Assembly: GCF_009834535.1 (NCBI RefSeq)
Contig: NC_045707.1
Span: 51,214,001-51,278,000 of the forward strand
Source: Camelus ferus
Taxonomy: Eukaryota
Length of the DNA stretch: 64,000 bases
Direction: 5' to 3'
In this document: piece by piece, positions 12,984-26,914 of the stretch
Layout: the number at the start of each line of letters is the position of its first letter
How positions within the stretch are numbered: the stretch's first letter is position 1
The notes under the pieces: generated by a model
Told to the model about the DNA's origin: nothing
Seen by the model: the letters and a program-made list of their open reading frames with translations, nothing else
Database searches by the model: none
Translations under genes and position numbers: made by a program

Positions 12984-13341
12984 TGTGGTGGACAGATCAT
13001 AAGATGCCTCTACTACCTGAGCCATGTTGGGGAACACCATGTGGCAAAGAATTGCTGGTAGCTTCTGAGAATGGAGGGTGGCATCTGGTGAATCAGAAAA
13101 GCTGAAGATTTTAGTTCTACAACCACAAGGAACTTAAGGTTGCTAACAACCATGAAACTGGGGAATCAGATCCTTCCCAAGTCTCCAAGTGAGAACACAG
13201 CACTGGCTGACACTTCGCAACCATATAAAACCTTAAGCAAGAGAAACCATGTTTAAACTTCTAATCCACAGAAACAGACGTGTTGTTTTAAGCCAAGAAG
13301 TTTGTGGTAATATTATTATGTAGCAAAAGGAAATTGATACA
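12984..13341 (+). mobile_element. MaLR LTR (MLT1E/F-like)
   Basis: catgtggcaaagaattgc...acaaccacaaggaact...tgctaacaaccatg...tgttgttttaagccaagaagtttgtggtaat...atgtagcaaaaggaaattgataca. Confidence 0.8.
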
Positions 13342-13349
13342 AAAAGTGA

Positions 13350-13900
13350 CTATCATCAAGGGCTGAATTAGTGCCCCAGCTTCCCAAGTAGCCTCTTTGG
13401 GGTTGGTTCTACTCTAATCCATTCTCTGCTCTGCAGTCACTGTTCTGAAACACAAATATGATTATGTCACTGCCTTCCCTAAATCTCTCCAGTGACTACA
13501 AATCTGAGGATCCTTCATCATCTGTTTCCTATGTACGTACCTCTCTGGCATATTTCTGCCTACTTTGTCCCCACCTCACATAAGGCTTTACCCCCTGGAA
13601 GAACTTCAGTCTTTGCACATACCCCATTTATTCCCTATTTGTCTTTCAATTCTCAATTTAGGTATGACTTCCTAAATTTAGGCCACAGGTTTCTATCTGC
13701 TGCTGTAAAGCTGTATACTTAACTCTAACACTGAGATTATCGACGTGTATTATAATTACGTATTGACTTGTATATCTCTCCTGTTGACTACACACTTCTG
13801 GAATTGTTCGGTCAGCAAAAGAAGCCACAACTTGTTCATCACAAATTTCCACTAGCAGCACCATGGCTAGCATACAGTATGTAGTAAATAAATAGCTCAT
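13350..13900 (+). mobile_element. L2 fragment
   Basis: aaacacaaatatgattatgtcact...tttgcacat...ctagcagcaccatggctagcatacagtatgtagtaaataaata. Confidence 0.65.
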
Positions 13901-14689
13901 GCTACTCACTGCGATGTTCTTCAAAGGAAGACTCAGGAATATTATTTTAACCAATGCTCTTTGCAACTCTTGTGACTTAACAAGTTTGGAAACATTGGTT
14001 TTAAAATTATTACATATTATTGACTATTGCAGACCTGAGTACTACTTACTGGCTTTAGTCTGCCTGTAGAGCCAATTAAATTAAGCTGCATTAATTACTT
14101 TCTCTTGCTAGAATTGTCCAGATCTGAGCTCTGCTGACTTGTCCCTGGCTCAGCAGTTGATTTTCTGTTTTCCACAGCTCAGTTCCCAGAACCCTTTCAT
14201 GCATTCTCTTTGTTGACAACCTTTTGGACCCCCACCACATCATCATTTTGGAGGTGGCCATTTCTTGGTGTTGACTCATTCTTTCTCTCTTGCTACTAAT
14301 TTACACCCAAATTAAACCTTAATTTACTGAAACCCCTCACTTCCCAGAATGCAGTTTTCTAATTTACTTCATGCCCAGGTGTTCCTGAGTCACAACACAG
14401 CAATTCCTGTGGGAATGTAGATGTTGCAACTATATAAAAACATTTATTGCATTTTAAGTTAATGCAAGATGTTTTTTTAACTCTGAATTATTGTATCCTC
14501 TCAGGGGATTTAAACACTTAAGTAAATATTTCTTGTGGTTCTACAAAATGTAAGAATAAGTTCTTTAAGAGATAGAAAATTCATATGAATTTTATTATTT
14601 CCTACATACTATACTATTTCATTCTAGCTATAGGATTGTGTTAGGTAGGCAGCAAGAAGCTACATATTCAATATGGATGCCAAATCTTT

Positions 14690-14890
14690 GGAAGTTTTAG
14701 GTATCAATTCCATTCATTACTAACTGGAGCACTTTGGGCAAGTGACTTAACTGCTCTGTACCTTGATTTTTTTCATCTGTAGAAATGGTGATATTAATAG
14801 GGTTTTTGTGAAGAAGATATGACTTGCTGTAAATAAATTGCTTAGGGAAGTATTTGGCACACAGTAAGTGCTCAGTTAATACTGAATTTA
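14690..14890 (+). mobile_element. MIR SINE
   Basis: actttgggcaagtgacttaactgctctgtaccttg...tcatctgtagaaatggtgata...tggcacacagtaagtgctcagttaat. Confidence 0.85.
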
Positions 14891-15489
14891 AAAACACAAA
14901 TGGAATAAACTTAAATCAATTTTGCCATCAATTTACAACCAGCTTATAATGGATTAAAAACAATATATAATCTGTTAACTCATAACTGGGAATTAAACAG
15001 TGGAGTAGGGTCAGCACCAGACTTTGTTCAGGGATTAGACTCCTTTCTTTCTCTTCTGTTGGCTCTACCCTTTTCTGTATGTAGGTTTGTCTTAAGGATG
15101 GCTCCCGGCTAATTGAAAGATGGCTCTCAGCAAAAACAAGGGGATTTTTCTCCACACTCATGTAAGTGAAAGGGAGAGAGTGGAATCCCAGCTCTCTTAT
15201 TAAAGGAATAAAGTAGAATTTTCCCAGAAAACTCTATCATTCCTTGCCAGTGAAGTGGGTACTAATCATTCCAGAAGTATCACTGATAGGAAGGATAGTT
15301 TTCCCTTAAGCAATTAGATTCTACACTTGATTTAAGGTCAGCCGTAAAAACTGCACCGAGAGGAGAATATTAGTAAGTTCAGTACAGTATTCATTACATT
15401 TTATTTTTCAATTATAAAATGAAGAAGATGGATCAAATGACTGATTACATTCTTTCTATCTCTGTGGTTTTCCACCAGAGAGAAGAGGT

Positions 15490-15852
15490 TAGAAGTCCTT
15501 AACCATTTTTTGACACCATAGAATAATTGCAAAGGAAAAAGTCTACATTGGCATGTAGTCAGTAAAAGCACCAAAATATAATGTATGGTAATATTTGTGG
15601 TTTTTTAGTAGCACATTATATAATAAAAATTACTGTAGCTTGGAAGTAGTGACAAGGGTAAACAATAGTTAAAGATCTCAATTGTGATTTCAGACATTGC
15701 TAATACTACTGTGGATTTATTAATATGTTAATATATGCAGAAAATCAAAGAATTTAATGAAAATAAAGATGTTATTATTTTTCCCGCTTTAGTCCACCAC
15801 ACTCTTTCTATCCATGGACCTCTTAGGATTTCAAGGAGATCAAGAACCCCTG
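15490..15852. mobile_element. hAT-Charlie-type DNA transposon fragment
   Basis: End tctatccatggacc...tcaagaacccctg resembles a Charlie-type terminal inverted repeat (gttaagaacccctg); internal gctaatactactgtgg...gaaaataaagatgt. Confidence 0.6.
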
Positions 15853-16059
15853 ACATAGAACATTGTTTTAATAAGTTAATAAAATCCATAATATGAAGGG
15901 TCACAGGGTTGGAGGTTCAGTCTTATTTCTCTTTAGCATGTACCACAATTTCCCCATAATAGGATTATGAGAGTATGTGGCATATTTTCAAAACTAGACT
16001 GTGAGCTGCTTAAAGGAGAGAGCCACCTCATCCACATCTTTGATTTACTTATAGCCCTA

Positions 16060-16215
16060 CTCTTAGAACTGATTCCAGTAAAATCACTTTGGGGAATTAA
16101 AAAAATACAGATGCTCCCCACCTACCATAGACCCTCTAAATCACAAAATGTCTGCATAGGGACCTGGGAATCTGTATTTCCAAACTCTTCCAGGATTATT
16201 TTGGCAAACAGTTAG
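16060..16215. mobile_element. MER5-like hAT MITE
   Basis: aatcactttggggaattaaaaaaatacagatgctcc...gggacctgggaatctgtattt...cttccaggatta. Confidence 0.65.
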
Positions 16216-17451
16216 CTTTCACCAAGTTGATGATGCACATTAGACAGCTACTGTCATTTAACACCTGGCGTAATGCTCTGCACAAATTACATCCTCAGTA
16301 AATGGTTAGAGATTTAAATGAGAGAAGCTAGAACGTACAAAAGGAGTTTACATTTCAAAACACTACCAAAAAACCCCTCTCACTCAAATATAACATAAAA
16401 ATGTCCAGAAGAAACAAAGTTTCATTCTTAAGTTTTTTAAATAACAAAAATACCAGAAGGCATAACCCATGGCTCTTACATAAGAGTTACTAATACAAAT
16501 TGCTCCTGCAATTCAGTGCCAGGGAAATTTTAATTTCTCAGATGAACAATTATGGTTCTACTTATTATAATATAAAAGCCAGGTAGCTTTCACTTGATTG
16601 TATAGAATTTACTAGAGGAGTAAGAGACAAGAGGTGGAGCTACTGTTTAGTCACTTATGCCTTTGGCATTACAAATGTCACTGTGAGGGTAACCTGGAGG
16701 AATCAATCAAACATAATTATTCCCACCTTGGCACCAAACCATGACTAGCTGGCCTTTTGGATCCAAATTTCAGATATTTTCAGCCCCAATACAACAGTGT
16801 TATTTCTGAAACGTAAGAGAACACATTTCTTGAGAATACTGCCAAGGAAACTATGGGTTAGCTATGTGCAGATTTATTTAAATATTAATCTATGTCCATA
16901 TATTACAAATTGACTGTAGCTAAGATATGTCCATGTACGTATACTACTTGTGCCAGTTGACTAACAAGAATGCTCTTAATTAATCATGAATCCTTTACAA
17001 ATGGATTGGAAAACTCTTCTTACCATGGATGGCTAGAGCCAGTGGCAGCATTTACCCCTCCCTTTTACTCTGCACCATTTGCTTCTGTCTATGAGTTATG
17101 GAATATTCTGTTTCTCCCTGGTTGAATTCAGAAGCTCTTAAATTCCTTTGCATTTTCTCACAGTTTATTATCTCAAGACCACACTGTAACAATTGTACTG
17201 TTCCTGTTGTCTTTCCTTCTGTATGTAGTGAACTACTTTACTTTGTGTACAGCCTTAAACAAGCCTTAAACTCTTTGCTCCTTTCTTTTTGCTTAAGCTC
17301 TCAAAGTTACAATTTCACATTTTGCTAGCTATCTCCCTCCAAACTAACCTTAGGTACATCAGTCCTTTAATAAACTGCATTTATGGACACAGAACAAAAA
17401 GATATCAACCTAGTTGTCACTTCCTCCAGGAGTCTTCTTTGACACCTAAAG

Positions 17452-17930
17452 TACAGGTTAGGGTTCCTCGATCGTAAGCCACAACAACTAAGTTCAGCTA
17501 ATAGAAGCACAACAGAATTTATAGGACGACTATCTGGGCTCTCAGAACTGAGAGTTAGGGAAAAGCGTTGGAGGCTATAGGAAGCAGGAAGCTCAGCAAC
17601 TATCTTACAGCAGGAACCATCTGCTTTGGCTGCATCAGTGGGGATGAATAAAGGATTCTAACAGTTTCTTTTATACTTGTGATACTCACTGAAGGTGTAT
17701 GCTCTGGAAAAAAGCAGCTGATCACTGAGCTAAGCTAATACATTTAAGCCCTGAATTAACTGGGCTATGAAAAGAAAGAACTTGAATGTTTCCATATTTG
17801 TAGGGTGAGTCAGGCATATGAATTTACCATTCTATCAGTACTCAATGGAAAGGCAATTCCCCACAAGGAAACCCAGAATCTTTAGGAAGGGAGAATAAAG
17901 CAAGGGTCCTCAAAAATACGAATGTCCACT
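17452..17930 (-). mobile_element. Old MaLR LTR (MLT1K/L-like)
   Basis: gttagggttcctcgatcgtaagccacaacaact...agcta...gaatttataggacgactatctgggctctcagaa resembles an antisense MLT1 3' end; sits within L2 pieces. Confidence 0.5.
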
Positions 17931-18189
17931 ATGTTGTGGCTTCTGATCGTCCCCATAGCACTCTATGCTTCCCTCCTCTTGGCACTTACTGTGTTGTCTT
18001 CCTATTCTCTACATACTTCACTGGATTCTAAATTCTGGAAGGGCAAAGACCATGCTTGTCTCTCTTTTTTTTTTTTTATCACAGTATACATCTTCTAGAC
18101 TTAACATAGGGTTTGGTACATATAATAAATAAATGCTGAATAAACAAAAATTCTTTTGACAGATTTGACTAAAGTCATTGTGTTGCCAG

Positions 18190-18560
18190 TCTCTCACTAT
18201 ACTTCTGTGACAACAGCAAAAAACCTACCTCAAATATACTTAACTAATTGTGAAAATTTATTCAGTCATCTGACTGAAAAGACCAGAAGTAGATTCAGGT
18301 ATCACCAAGAACCGGTTTTGTTTTTCTCAGCCCAGCATTTGGCATAGGCTCAGTAGTGGTTTCCTCACAGTCTTGAAATGGTGGCCAGTGGCCACCAGAA
18401 CTATGAATGTCCTTTTTAAACGTCCATCAGACAAAAGAGACAGATTTGCATCTAGAATTCCTGGATCCGAGTTGAAGAGAATCACTCCTTGATATACTGG
18501 TTTGGTCACCTGCTGCCTCCTGGACTAAATCCTTTGCTTAATAGGAAGGAATGAGCTTAT
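18190..18560 (-). mobile_element. Old MaLR LTR (MLT1J/K-like) fragment
   Basis: tgtgacaacagcaaaaaacc...aaaatttattcagtcatctgactgaaaagaccagaagtag...ttcctcacag...atggtggccagtggc. Confidence 0.5.
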
Positions 18561-20777
18561 TTTTCAGCCTGGCACTAGGGCTGGAGTCTGATTTCCTGGG
18601 TCTACTTCACTTCTTTAAGTAATTTGGAAAGTGATAGGAAGGAAAGGTTTCTAGTGAGACTACCAGCAAATACCTGTATCACCAGTCAAGCTTTCTGGCC
18701 AGTAATGGCCACACACTGACCTCTTCTGGGTATGACCCCATCCCACAGGGTATACTGTCATTCTGTTTACTTCTCTTTCAGATTCCTAGAAAAGCTTATT
18801 AATCTCGCTTCTGTGGGTGAAGTAAAAAACAAACAAAACCCAGAAATGCTTCTGTATGGTCAAGAAAAATTATACTCTGAAACAACCGATATCTTTTCTG
18901 TAATAGTTCTCTGTTTTCACCTTTCATCCTTTCTCCTTTGCATGTCTGGCTGATGGAGATAGCAAGCAAACTTTTGCTTCCATCAAAGGTTGTCCAGAGA
19001 TGGAAAAGTCTTTAGTCTCAGCCCTGTGTAAAATCCTATACTCCTCTTGTTTAATTCCCACAACTACAATTTGGTTTTGCTGACACAATTATGGAGAGTG
19101 ATGGACTAAGGCAGGGAGAAGAGACAGCTGAAATAGCTTTTTGCCTAATCCCCAGAAATCTTAATGTATTCCTCTTCAAGTAAGAAAAAAATCCAGAGAA
19201 AAGCTTTCTAGAGGATGTTCCGAATAGCCACATTTATCAAAATACCATATAATGTCATTCAAGGGTGTTAATGGGGTGCAGTATTTAACCAATTCAGCAT
19301 CTTATTCTTCACTTGCTAGCATCTTATCTATTATCTATTATGTGTTATTATTAAGTACCTATTTGCTTTCAAAACACTAAGTGAGGCACTTGTTCATCAT
19401 TGGTAAAGCACTTGCTCCTTGCTATTCTCTGAGAACACCTGGGAAGTAGAGTGATTTCTTGTCAATAAAGGCATCATGTGTGAGAGACATATAATATTAG
19501 TATAAATTACCCTAATTAAATATAAGGTACTTGAGAGCCCAAGTCATGACCAAAGTAAAGTATCGTAAATACCTTTACTGCTTTAGTATGAGTGAATCGT
19601 CACCTCACACAAGCCCACTCGTTCTTAGAATTCTCCAGCTGTGCAGAATGGAAATTTTGGGGAAGATAAAGTTATGTCTCTTATTTTCTGTCTGCAAGAC
19701 ACAGTATAATATCCTGCCACAGACTTAAAGATGCTTTTAACAAATAGACTATTGTTAAAGGACTTTTAAAGTTGTTTTGTCCTAGAATTGATATTTCATC
19801 AAATCTGAATTCAGTTGCAAAGGTTAAAGAATGAATTTTACCCTGCTATTTATTCAGACAACTATCTTAACAATTGAAATAATTAAAGTTCTAACCATGT
19901 TAGAACTTAAAAATAGTAAACAAAATTCAGAATGTAGCTCCTAGGAAGCATAATGCTGGTTTTTTTGATCAAAGAATTCATGCAAAACCAATGAGTGACA
20001 TTTTAGCTTCCAGAGGTTGATTTTCTGCATATAAACAAGTATTTTCTACATGCAAACAATGTTCTACATCTGTTTTCAGGCTTTAATTTTCTTTTGCCTT
20101 CTTGTTTCCTTTCTTTCTATTTACTTTTTCTTTTTTTTTTTGTTTTTCAGCTAAACATCAATGATCCTTAAGGGTTTGTCAATGGATTTCTCTCTTCCCT
20201 TAAGCTAGGAGCCTTTAATCAGATTTGTTTTCTTTTTCTGTGCTTCCTCTACCCTCCTTAGAGATAGCAAGGTTTCTGTGACAATTGTCAGCTGTCATAA
20301 ATAGACTGTGATCATATATGAAAAGCTTATGAACATTCACAGAAATCCAAGTGTTCTGTGTTGAATAGCACCTTGAAAATAATTAGCTATTGGATGTGAG
20401 AGGGAAATGCTTTTTAAGGCAATAAAATGTCTTTGTAAAGTGTTCATTTCATTACATATTTTAAAAATATGTGTATCATAAACTTTGAAGACATCTGACT
20501 AAAAATATCCTGTGAATTCTGAGGGGAGTTTTCTGCCTTTCTAATGGATGACTGGAAACATTTCTAAGGGTTTATTTATAACTGAATGCTAATGAGTGAG
20601 GTACAGCTTAAGAAGATATCCTTGAGAAATGATATGAGATTGACCTTCATATTCCACTTTCTTCCAAAGATTTTAAATTTCTGTTTAAATTTTTTTTTTA
20701 AATATTTTCTCTTTCCTTTCTAAATGTTATGTCTTACAGGGCTTTTTATTATCCTCTATCATACTACTGCTGTTTTT

Positions 20778-21185
20778 TGTTGCCCGAGGAGGGCATAGGA
20801 TCAATCCCTGCCAAACCAAAATTAGTTTTGATACAAAGACTGAGGACACCACATGTACACAAAGACAGTATGGGAAGGTTTATTACTCACATAATGAGAC
20901 TTTCTGGGGAGAACAGGGCAGGCACCCAAGCCAGTCTGGGACAGCTTGAGCAAGTGGGTGGATGACTACTTTGGTTTTTATTGTGGTTAGGAAGTGGGGC
21001 CACACTGAGGGCTCCTGTGCAGGGCTCCAAGTTTGTGAGCTTTGAACTTTCCCACTGACATCAAGAGAAGGAGCACCCGGGCCTTTTTAATGACTTTCCC
21101 AGATGGAGGGTAAGAGGGGGGGGGTGGGGGCTGTGTGGCAGAAATAAGGCCAAAAAGCTTTCAGTATTCAAATGTCCAAAATGGA
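20778..21185 (-). mobile_element. ERV solo LTR (family not assigned)
   Basis: Starts TGTT (minus-strand ...AACA end); antisense AATAAA at 20879-20884; antisense TATA-like tttttat near 20975; abrupt GC rise over about 400 bp. Confidence 0.65.
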
Positions 21186-22079
21186 GGGAGACTATTGCAA
21201 TTGTTCTAAATGAAAGTCTGTTTTCATAATCTTTTTTAAAGGAATCAAAACATTTACGAGGTTGAAACCCAAATGTAATATGGGGATCTTCTTTGAATTT
21301 TTAAAAACATTTTGACAAAATTTCAGACTTATAGAAAGGCTAACAGGAAGCTCGGACTTTATCTCACATTGTTCTCCCAACTCTTCCCTCTGAGAGTCCT
21401 TAGATAAAGCTGTGTGTGAGAGTCACAGATGGGACTTTCTGCTCTGCCATTGCTCTCTAGGGTCTACCTCTCTAGCTCTCCCTCTGCTCCACTGACAGCT
21501 GCTGCCTTCTCTCCTACGGTGGCTGCCTATACTGCAGTCCTTGTGTTGCCAACCTATTCTAAACCCATGACCTCCCTGGCCTTTTGGCAAGAAAGTGCCT
21601 TCAGCTTCTTGAGACTTGCTCAGTTTATTTAGAGGGTTCCCCCCAGAAGAACTGTTGAACCTTTAGGTATGCTGTAATCCACCCTTACACTTGAACTCTC
21701 TCTTCAGTCTTGGGGTTGCGGGGTGGAGGGAGTGTTTCAGGAGGGGCTGGGTCAGGTCAGTTAAGCAGCACCTCATATTGGACCTGGAAGCACTCTTACC
21801 TCTGCATTCCATTCCTCGCTGCCCAGTCTCCCCCAAGTTGCCCAACTTCTTCACTTGGGTACTTTTTATTTTCTCCAACCTCCCCTTTTAATCTCCCTTC
21901 CAAATCAACTTCCAGTGGGGTACCCAGTCAATTAGATAGGTGTTTATCTACCTACAGCTCATTTATGGGCTGTGTTCAGGTTCTTACCCATAGGACTCCT
22001 GAGTCTTAGGCAAGTCAAGGACATGGCTAAACATTTATTTCAGATATCAAGTGAAGATATGTTTTAAAAAGGGAGTGTG

Positions 22080-22540
22080 AACTATGTTACATGTATTGAT
22101 AGACAATAAAATGAAGCCTGAAAATTGATAAAGCTTAGGAAAATAGATGTCTTCGCTGACCTTGGATTTCAACATTTTCAGTGAGTTTGGGGGACAAATT
22201 CCTCATGGAGTGTATTCAAGTGAGAATATGAGGCATGGAAGTGGAGATTGTTGAGTGTGAACAATACTAAGGAATTGTGTTGTGTGAGGATCACAGGACA
22301 GAGAGGGGGAGAAAAACGATTACACTGCAAAGGAATGGCTTTGAGTAAAAAAGCAGTATGATTGAAAAGATTGATGACACAGTGAACATGTTGGCCTTAG
22401 AGAGGAGCATGAATCATTTATCCACTTTAACAGGAGGGAAGGCAAAGGAAACAGGGACATAGGGACAGATGCTAGCAATTTCATGGCAAGCACTAGGATT
22501 CCTGATTACTTCCATTTTTGCAATGAAATGAACAAGCAAA
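22080..22540 (-). mobile_element. L2 internal fragment
   Basis: gctgaccttgga...tttcagtgag...gagtgtattcaagtgagaatatgagg...gaagtggaga...ttggccttagagaggagc. Confidence 0.55.
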
Positions 22541-22676
22541 TCACTAGTCTCCAGATATGCTTATGACATCATTTGGGTTAAACTTTTCACAATTTCTCCC
22601 TTTCAAGTTCAGAATCCTTAATTTAAGAAACCACTTATAACATGAGAGAGATGCACTTGAATTAGGTGGGCCCAAA

Positions 22677-23000
22677 TCAGAAAGACTGCAAATGGGTGAC
22701 CTACCACCTGGAGTAGGTCCTGTAGGTGAATTTTTTTTTTAGCCCTTATATAATTTTAACATTTTAAAATTTAGTTTTCATTATTTAAATATAAAGGGAT
22801 TTTATACTGAAACCAAATTTAATATTTCTCTTTAGCAAAATGGATTTCCTAGCAGCACTGGGCCTGCATTCCTGCATGGCAGTGGTAGGATGGAGTTGAG
22901 TAACACTGAGCCTTTAGACAGGGCACTCCAGCGTTCTCCAGTCTCTAACATTCCCCTTTATTACCTTATATTTGACTTATTCCTGTAGTTTGCCCTCCTA
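22677..23000. mobile_element. MER102-like hAT-Charlie element
   Basis: ctagcagcactgggcctgcattcctgcatggcag...gagttgagtaac...cctttagacagggca. Confidence 0.65.
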
Positions 23001-23295
23001 GCTCCTATAAAGGAATGAAACAGGTATAGGCTTTGCATGGTACAAGTCTAGAAAACTCTGTGGTAGCCTCTGTGAATGGCACCCCTGCAGTTGTGTCTGG
23101 TGGAGATCCTTGGCTTAACAAATATTTCAGTTCCTTTCCTGATGACCACATTGAGTTAGACAGCTGAAGAACACTCCTAACAGACTGGTTCTCACACCTA
23201 AATTTATTTCTATTTGTGATGCCCTATTTTTCTTAAGAAAAAGCTCTGCAATGTTATTTTCCTTATTTTCCTTCAGGGCCTATATGTTCCTTCCT

Positions 23296-23753
23296 TGAGC
23301 GGCTGAACTGTATCTTCCCAAAAGATAAGTTCAAGTTCTAATTGTCAGTACCTGTAAATGTGATCCTACTTGGAAACAGGCTCTTTGCAGATGTAATTAC
23401 AGTGTAAGTTAAGATAAAATCATACTGGACCAGGGTGGGCCTAAACCCAGTCATTGATGTTTTTATAAGAAGAGATGCAAAGACAGAGAGAAACAGGCAC
23501 ACATACACTCAGGGAGAAGACGACCATGTCTGCGGCAGAGACTGGAGTGACGCAGCCAAGGACTGCTAACCGCCACCAGAAACTGGGAAGAGGTGAGGAG
23601 GGAGTCTTCTCTACAGCTTTAGCAGGGAGAACAGACTAATAAAACATTGATTTGGGGACCTCTGGCTTCCAGAACTCTGGGAGAATAAATGTCTGTATCT
23701 TAAGCCACCCAATTTGTGGCAATTTGTTATAGCCACCTTAGGAAACTACTACA
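23296..23753 (+). mobile_element. MaLR solo LTR (MLT1C-like)
   Basis: TG...ACA termini; cagtacctgtaaatgtga...ggaaacaggctctttgcagatgtaatt...ttccagaactctgggagaataaat...taagccacccaatttgtggcaatttgttatagc...ggaaactactaca. Confidence 0.9.
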
Positions 23754-25616
23754 GGGACCGTACTTCTAAAATTTTCTCCATTATTTTTTCCCTAAGATGT
23801 TTTGGAAGCTCTTTGACATTCAGATTCATGCTTTACCTTTACCTTCTTATTTGAAAGAGCTTTGATTTTCAGGACTAAATAAGGATCCTGCGTTTGAATT
23901 ATGTTTATGGTCTTTTATCAGTGCTAAAGTAATTTAAACTCCGAGGCAGTCTATAGTCACTTATTTTTCACCAGTGAAATCTATACATGTCTTTAGATTC
24001 CATGTAATATACTTATAGATTCTAAAAAAAAAAAATGAGGTATTCTGATGTGTTCTTTAACTTTTGGACCATTAAGTGTACAATGATGCAATTATGTAAT
24101 TCAGTGATCAAAGCTGCATGTCATTCTGTTAGTACATTTAGAAAAGACTAGGAAGAGCCTTATTTAAGCATTATTTTTAGTGGATAAAGACGTTGACCAT
24201 CAAAATCTGTTATCTGGTAAAAATCAACACTTTAAATGCTGGGTAGGAACAATTTTATCAAATGTAGAATTTATATTAGAATAAGGATACTGTTCTACTT
24301 AGAAGAAAGAAATGAAAAGATGTTCTTTGAAATATTTATCAAAAACTTTTATGTGCCAATTATGTTTTTTGTTTGTAACCTTTGGAAGTACCAGGTGGCA
24401 GCAACACTTATCTTTGAAATAGTCTGTAGTATCACTTATAAAGACAACAATAAGATGAGGTAAAAAGTGAATATAAATATTGTTAACAGATGACTTGCTC
24501 TAAGACAAGAAAATAAGAACCATAGAGAGATCCTCACTCTCCAGTGAGCAGTGTATTCCTTGAATTTCTCTTACATAACTGTGTGTTTTTGGTCTAATCA
24601 GAAAGTAAGCTATGCAAAAGCAAATGCATTAGGCATTGAGCTTTGTGAAAGTTACATTATTAATTACATGAAAAAGATATGAACATCTTATTAATTTAAC
24701 ATTTTGCTAACTGGAAAATTAATTGTAAGATGAAAGTCTCTCTTTCAAATGAATGACTCCATTAAAACATTTAATAATATCCATCTCATTGAAATAAATT
24801 CCACTGTTAAAAATCTTCTGAATAATTAAACTGTTCTAATGGCTACAAAGTTAGATATCTCCTATTATCTTTATAAATAGATATATGTAATTAAATGCTG
24901 TAGTTTTAAGCATATGAATGTCTAACCCTAATGGAGAAATACGTTTCCAGAATTCAGAGTCAGCTTTCTTAACCAAAGTTGTCAAATCATAGATATTTTA
25001 TCTTTGGTGATACCATGTACAGTTACTTTTCAGGGATGTGTTAATATTCATTCACAAGTAATTTTATTAGTATGGTATAAAGCTACATCCTTTCATATAT
25101 AAAAATTATTAATATTTCTTTACTCTCATAGAGAGAGGTTTCTTTTTTCAAGGCACATAGACTCTATCTACTACTGACTTTCCATTGAGGAAGCAGCAAC
25201 TGCATAACTACAGAGAAATATTTTTCTGCATGTAGTCTTATTGATATTAACAACCCTAATAAATAGCAACCTGTCTAGATGTGAGTTCACGAATAATATA
25301 ATACATAATAACTAACTCTGTCTCCACGCTATGACTGTATAAATCAGAACCAGTCCAATTCCATTTATTCATTTCACTCTCAGTAATTGTGATATGTTAT
25401 AATTTTAATATGCCATGAACATAAAGGTAGTATTCAACGAGAAATTATTTATTCTTCATTTATCAAAAATTAACTGAATTCCCAATACCAGGGATATAGC
25501 TATGAGCAAGACCTAGAGTTTATGAAGCTTATCATCTATGGAAAAATATATAAACGTTTCTACATCAGAGCTTTTGTTTTTCCAAGTTTTTCCAAGCTTT
25601 TGTTTTATTTAGTAGG

Positions 25617-25980
25617 TGCTATAGACCGAATGTCTGTGTACTCCTCAAATTCAGGTGTTGAAATTTAATTCCCAATGTGACAGTATTTAGAGCTAGGACA
25701 TTTGATTGGTGATTAGGTCATGAGGGTGGAACCCTCATGAGTGGGATTTGTGCCCCTGAAAAAGAGACCCTACGTAGCTCCCTCATCCCTTTTACCACGT
25801 GAGAACACAGCAAGAAGACTGCCATCTGAACCAGGAGGTGGGTTCTCACCAGACGGTGAATCTGTAAGTGTCTTGATCTTGGACTTCCCAGCCTCTGGTA
25901 CTGTGAAAGATAAATTTCTGCTGTTTATAAGCCACCTAGTCTATGGTCTCTTGTTATAGCAACCTGAATGGACTAAGATG
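25617..25980 (+). mobile_element. MaLR solo LTR (MLT1A0-like)
   Basis: tgctatagaccgaatgt...ggtgattaggtcatgagggtggaaccctcatga...cttggacttcccagcctc...ataaatttctgctgtttataagccacctagtctatgg...gactaaga. Confidence 0.92.
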
Positions 25981-26079
25981 TAAATGTCTTGTTTCTAGTG
26001 GATCTGACAGGTTAATCACTTTGCCCATGTGTCAAATATTTTCTTTACAAAGTCACACTAGTAGTTCCTGCCCAACGCT

Positions 26080-26315
26080 CCCCATCCCAGGTACTGACAA
26101 TGGTAGTACAGATGGTTTATGTATAAACTTCACCCAGTTTCTACTGATGTTAATATTTCATATAAACATGGTGCATTTATCGAAACTAAAAGGTTGACAG
26201 TGGTACATTATGATTAACTAAATTTCTGACTTTAAAGGATTTCACCAATTTTTCCACTCATGTCCTTTTCCTGTCCCAGAATTCAAGCCAGCATATTACA
26301 CTGCACTTAGTGTTA
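26080..26315 (-). mobile_element. Old L1M 3' fragment
   Basis: cttcacccagtttc...atggtgcatttatcgaaactaaaa...gatttcaccaatttttccact...tccttttcctgtcccag. Confidence 0.65.
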
Positions 26316-26570
26316 CATCTATTTTGTAATTTTTAAAATTTTAAGTTATATGTTTTGACTAGAGATTACAATTTTGTTACTTTTCCCTCTTTCTATTCAT
26401 TTAAAAATTATTAAGGCTTTAAAAAGATTCTTTATTTCTGTTGAACCATTCAATAAATGTACAGCTCTGCTGAGTTTCAGGAGGTAGATTTAAATGCAGT
26501 CAGAAAGAAAACTTTAGGAAGGGAGACTATGATGAACTCTTCTGAAGTTTCTAAGACAATTGACTATTTT

Positions 26571-26914
26571 TTTAACATTTTTTATTGAGTTATAGTCATT
26601 TTACAATGTTGTGTCATATTCCAGTGTAGAACACAATTTTTCAGTTATACATGAACATATATACATTCATTGTCACTTTTTTTCGCTGTGAGCTACCACA
26701 AAATCTTGTATATATTTCCCTGTGCTATGCAGTATAATCTTGTTTATCTATTCTACATATGCCTGTCAGTATCTACAAATTTTGAAATCCCAGTCTGTCC
26801 CTTACCATCCCCTGCCCCCTTCACAACCACAAATTTGTATTCTATGTCTATGAGTCTGTTTCTGTTTTATATTATGTTCATTTTTTTTTGATTCCACATA
26901 TGAGCGATCTCACA
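26571..26914 (-). mobile_element. Young lineage-specific L1 3' end (camelid-like) with 9-bp TSD
   Basis: GACTATTTT at 26562-26570 and 26915-26923, followed by AA (TTTT/AA L1 endonuclease site); body tttattgagttatagtcattttacaatgttgtgtc...gattccacatatgagcgatctc. Confidence 0.85.

Noticed and set aside
20120..20180. Strong plus-strand acceptor-like poly(T)...TTTTCAG
   Set aside because: Downstream sequence has stops in all frames and no convincing donor; probably just a T-rich tract.
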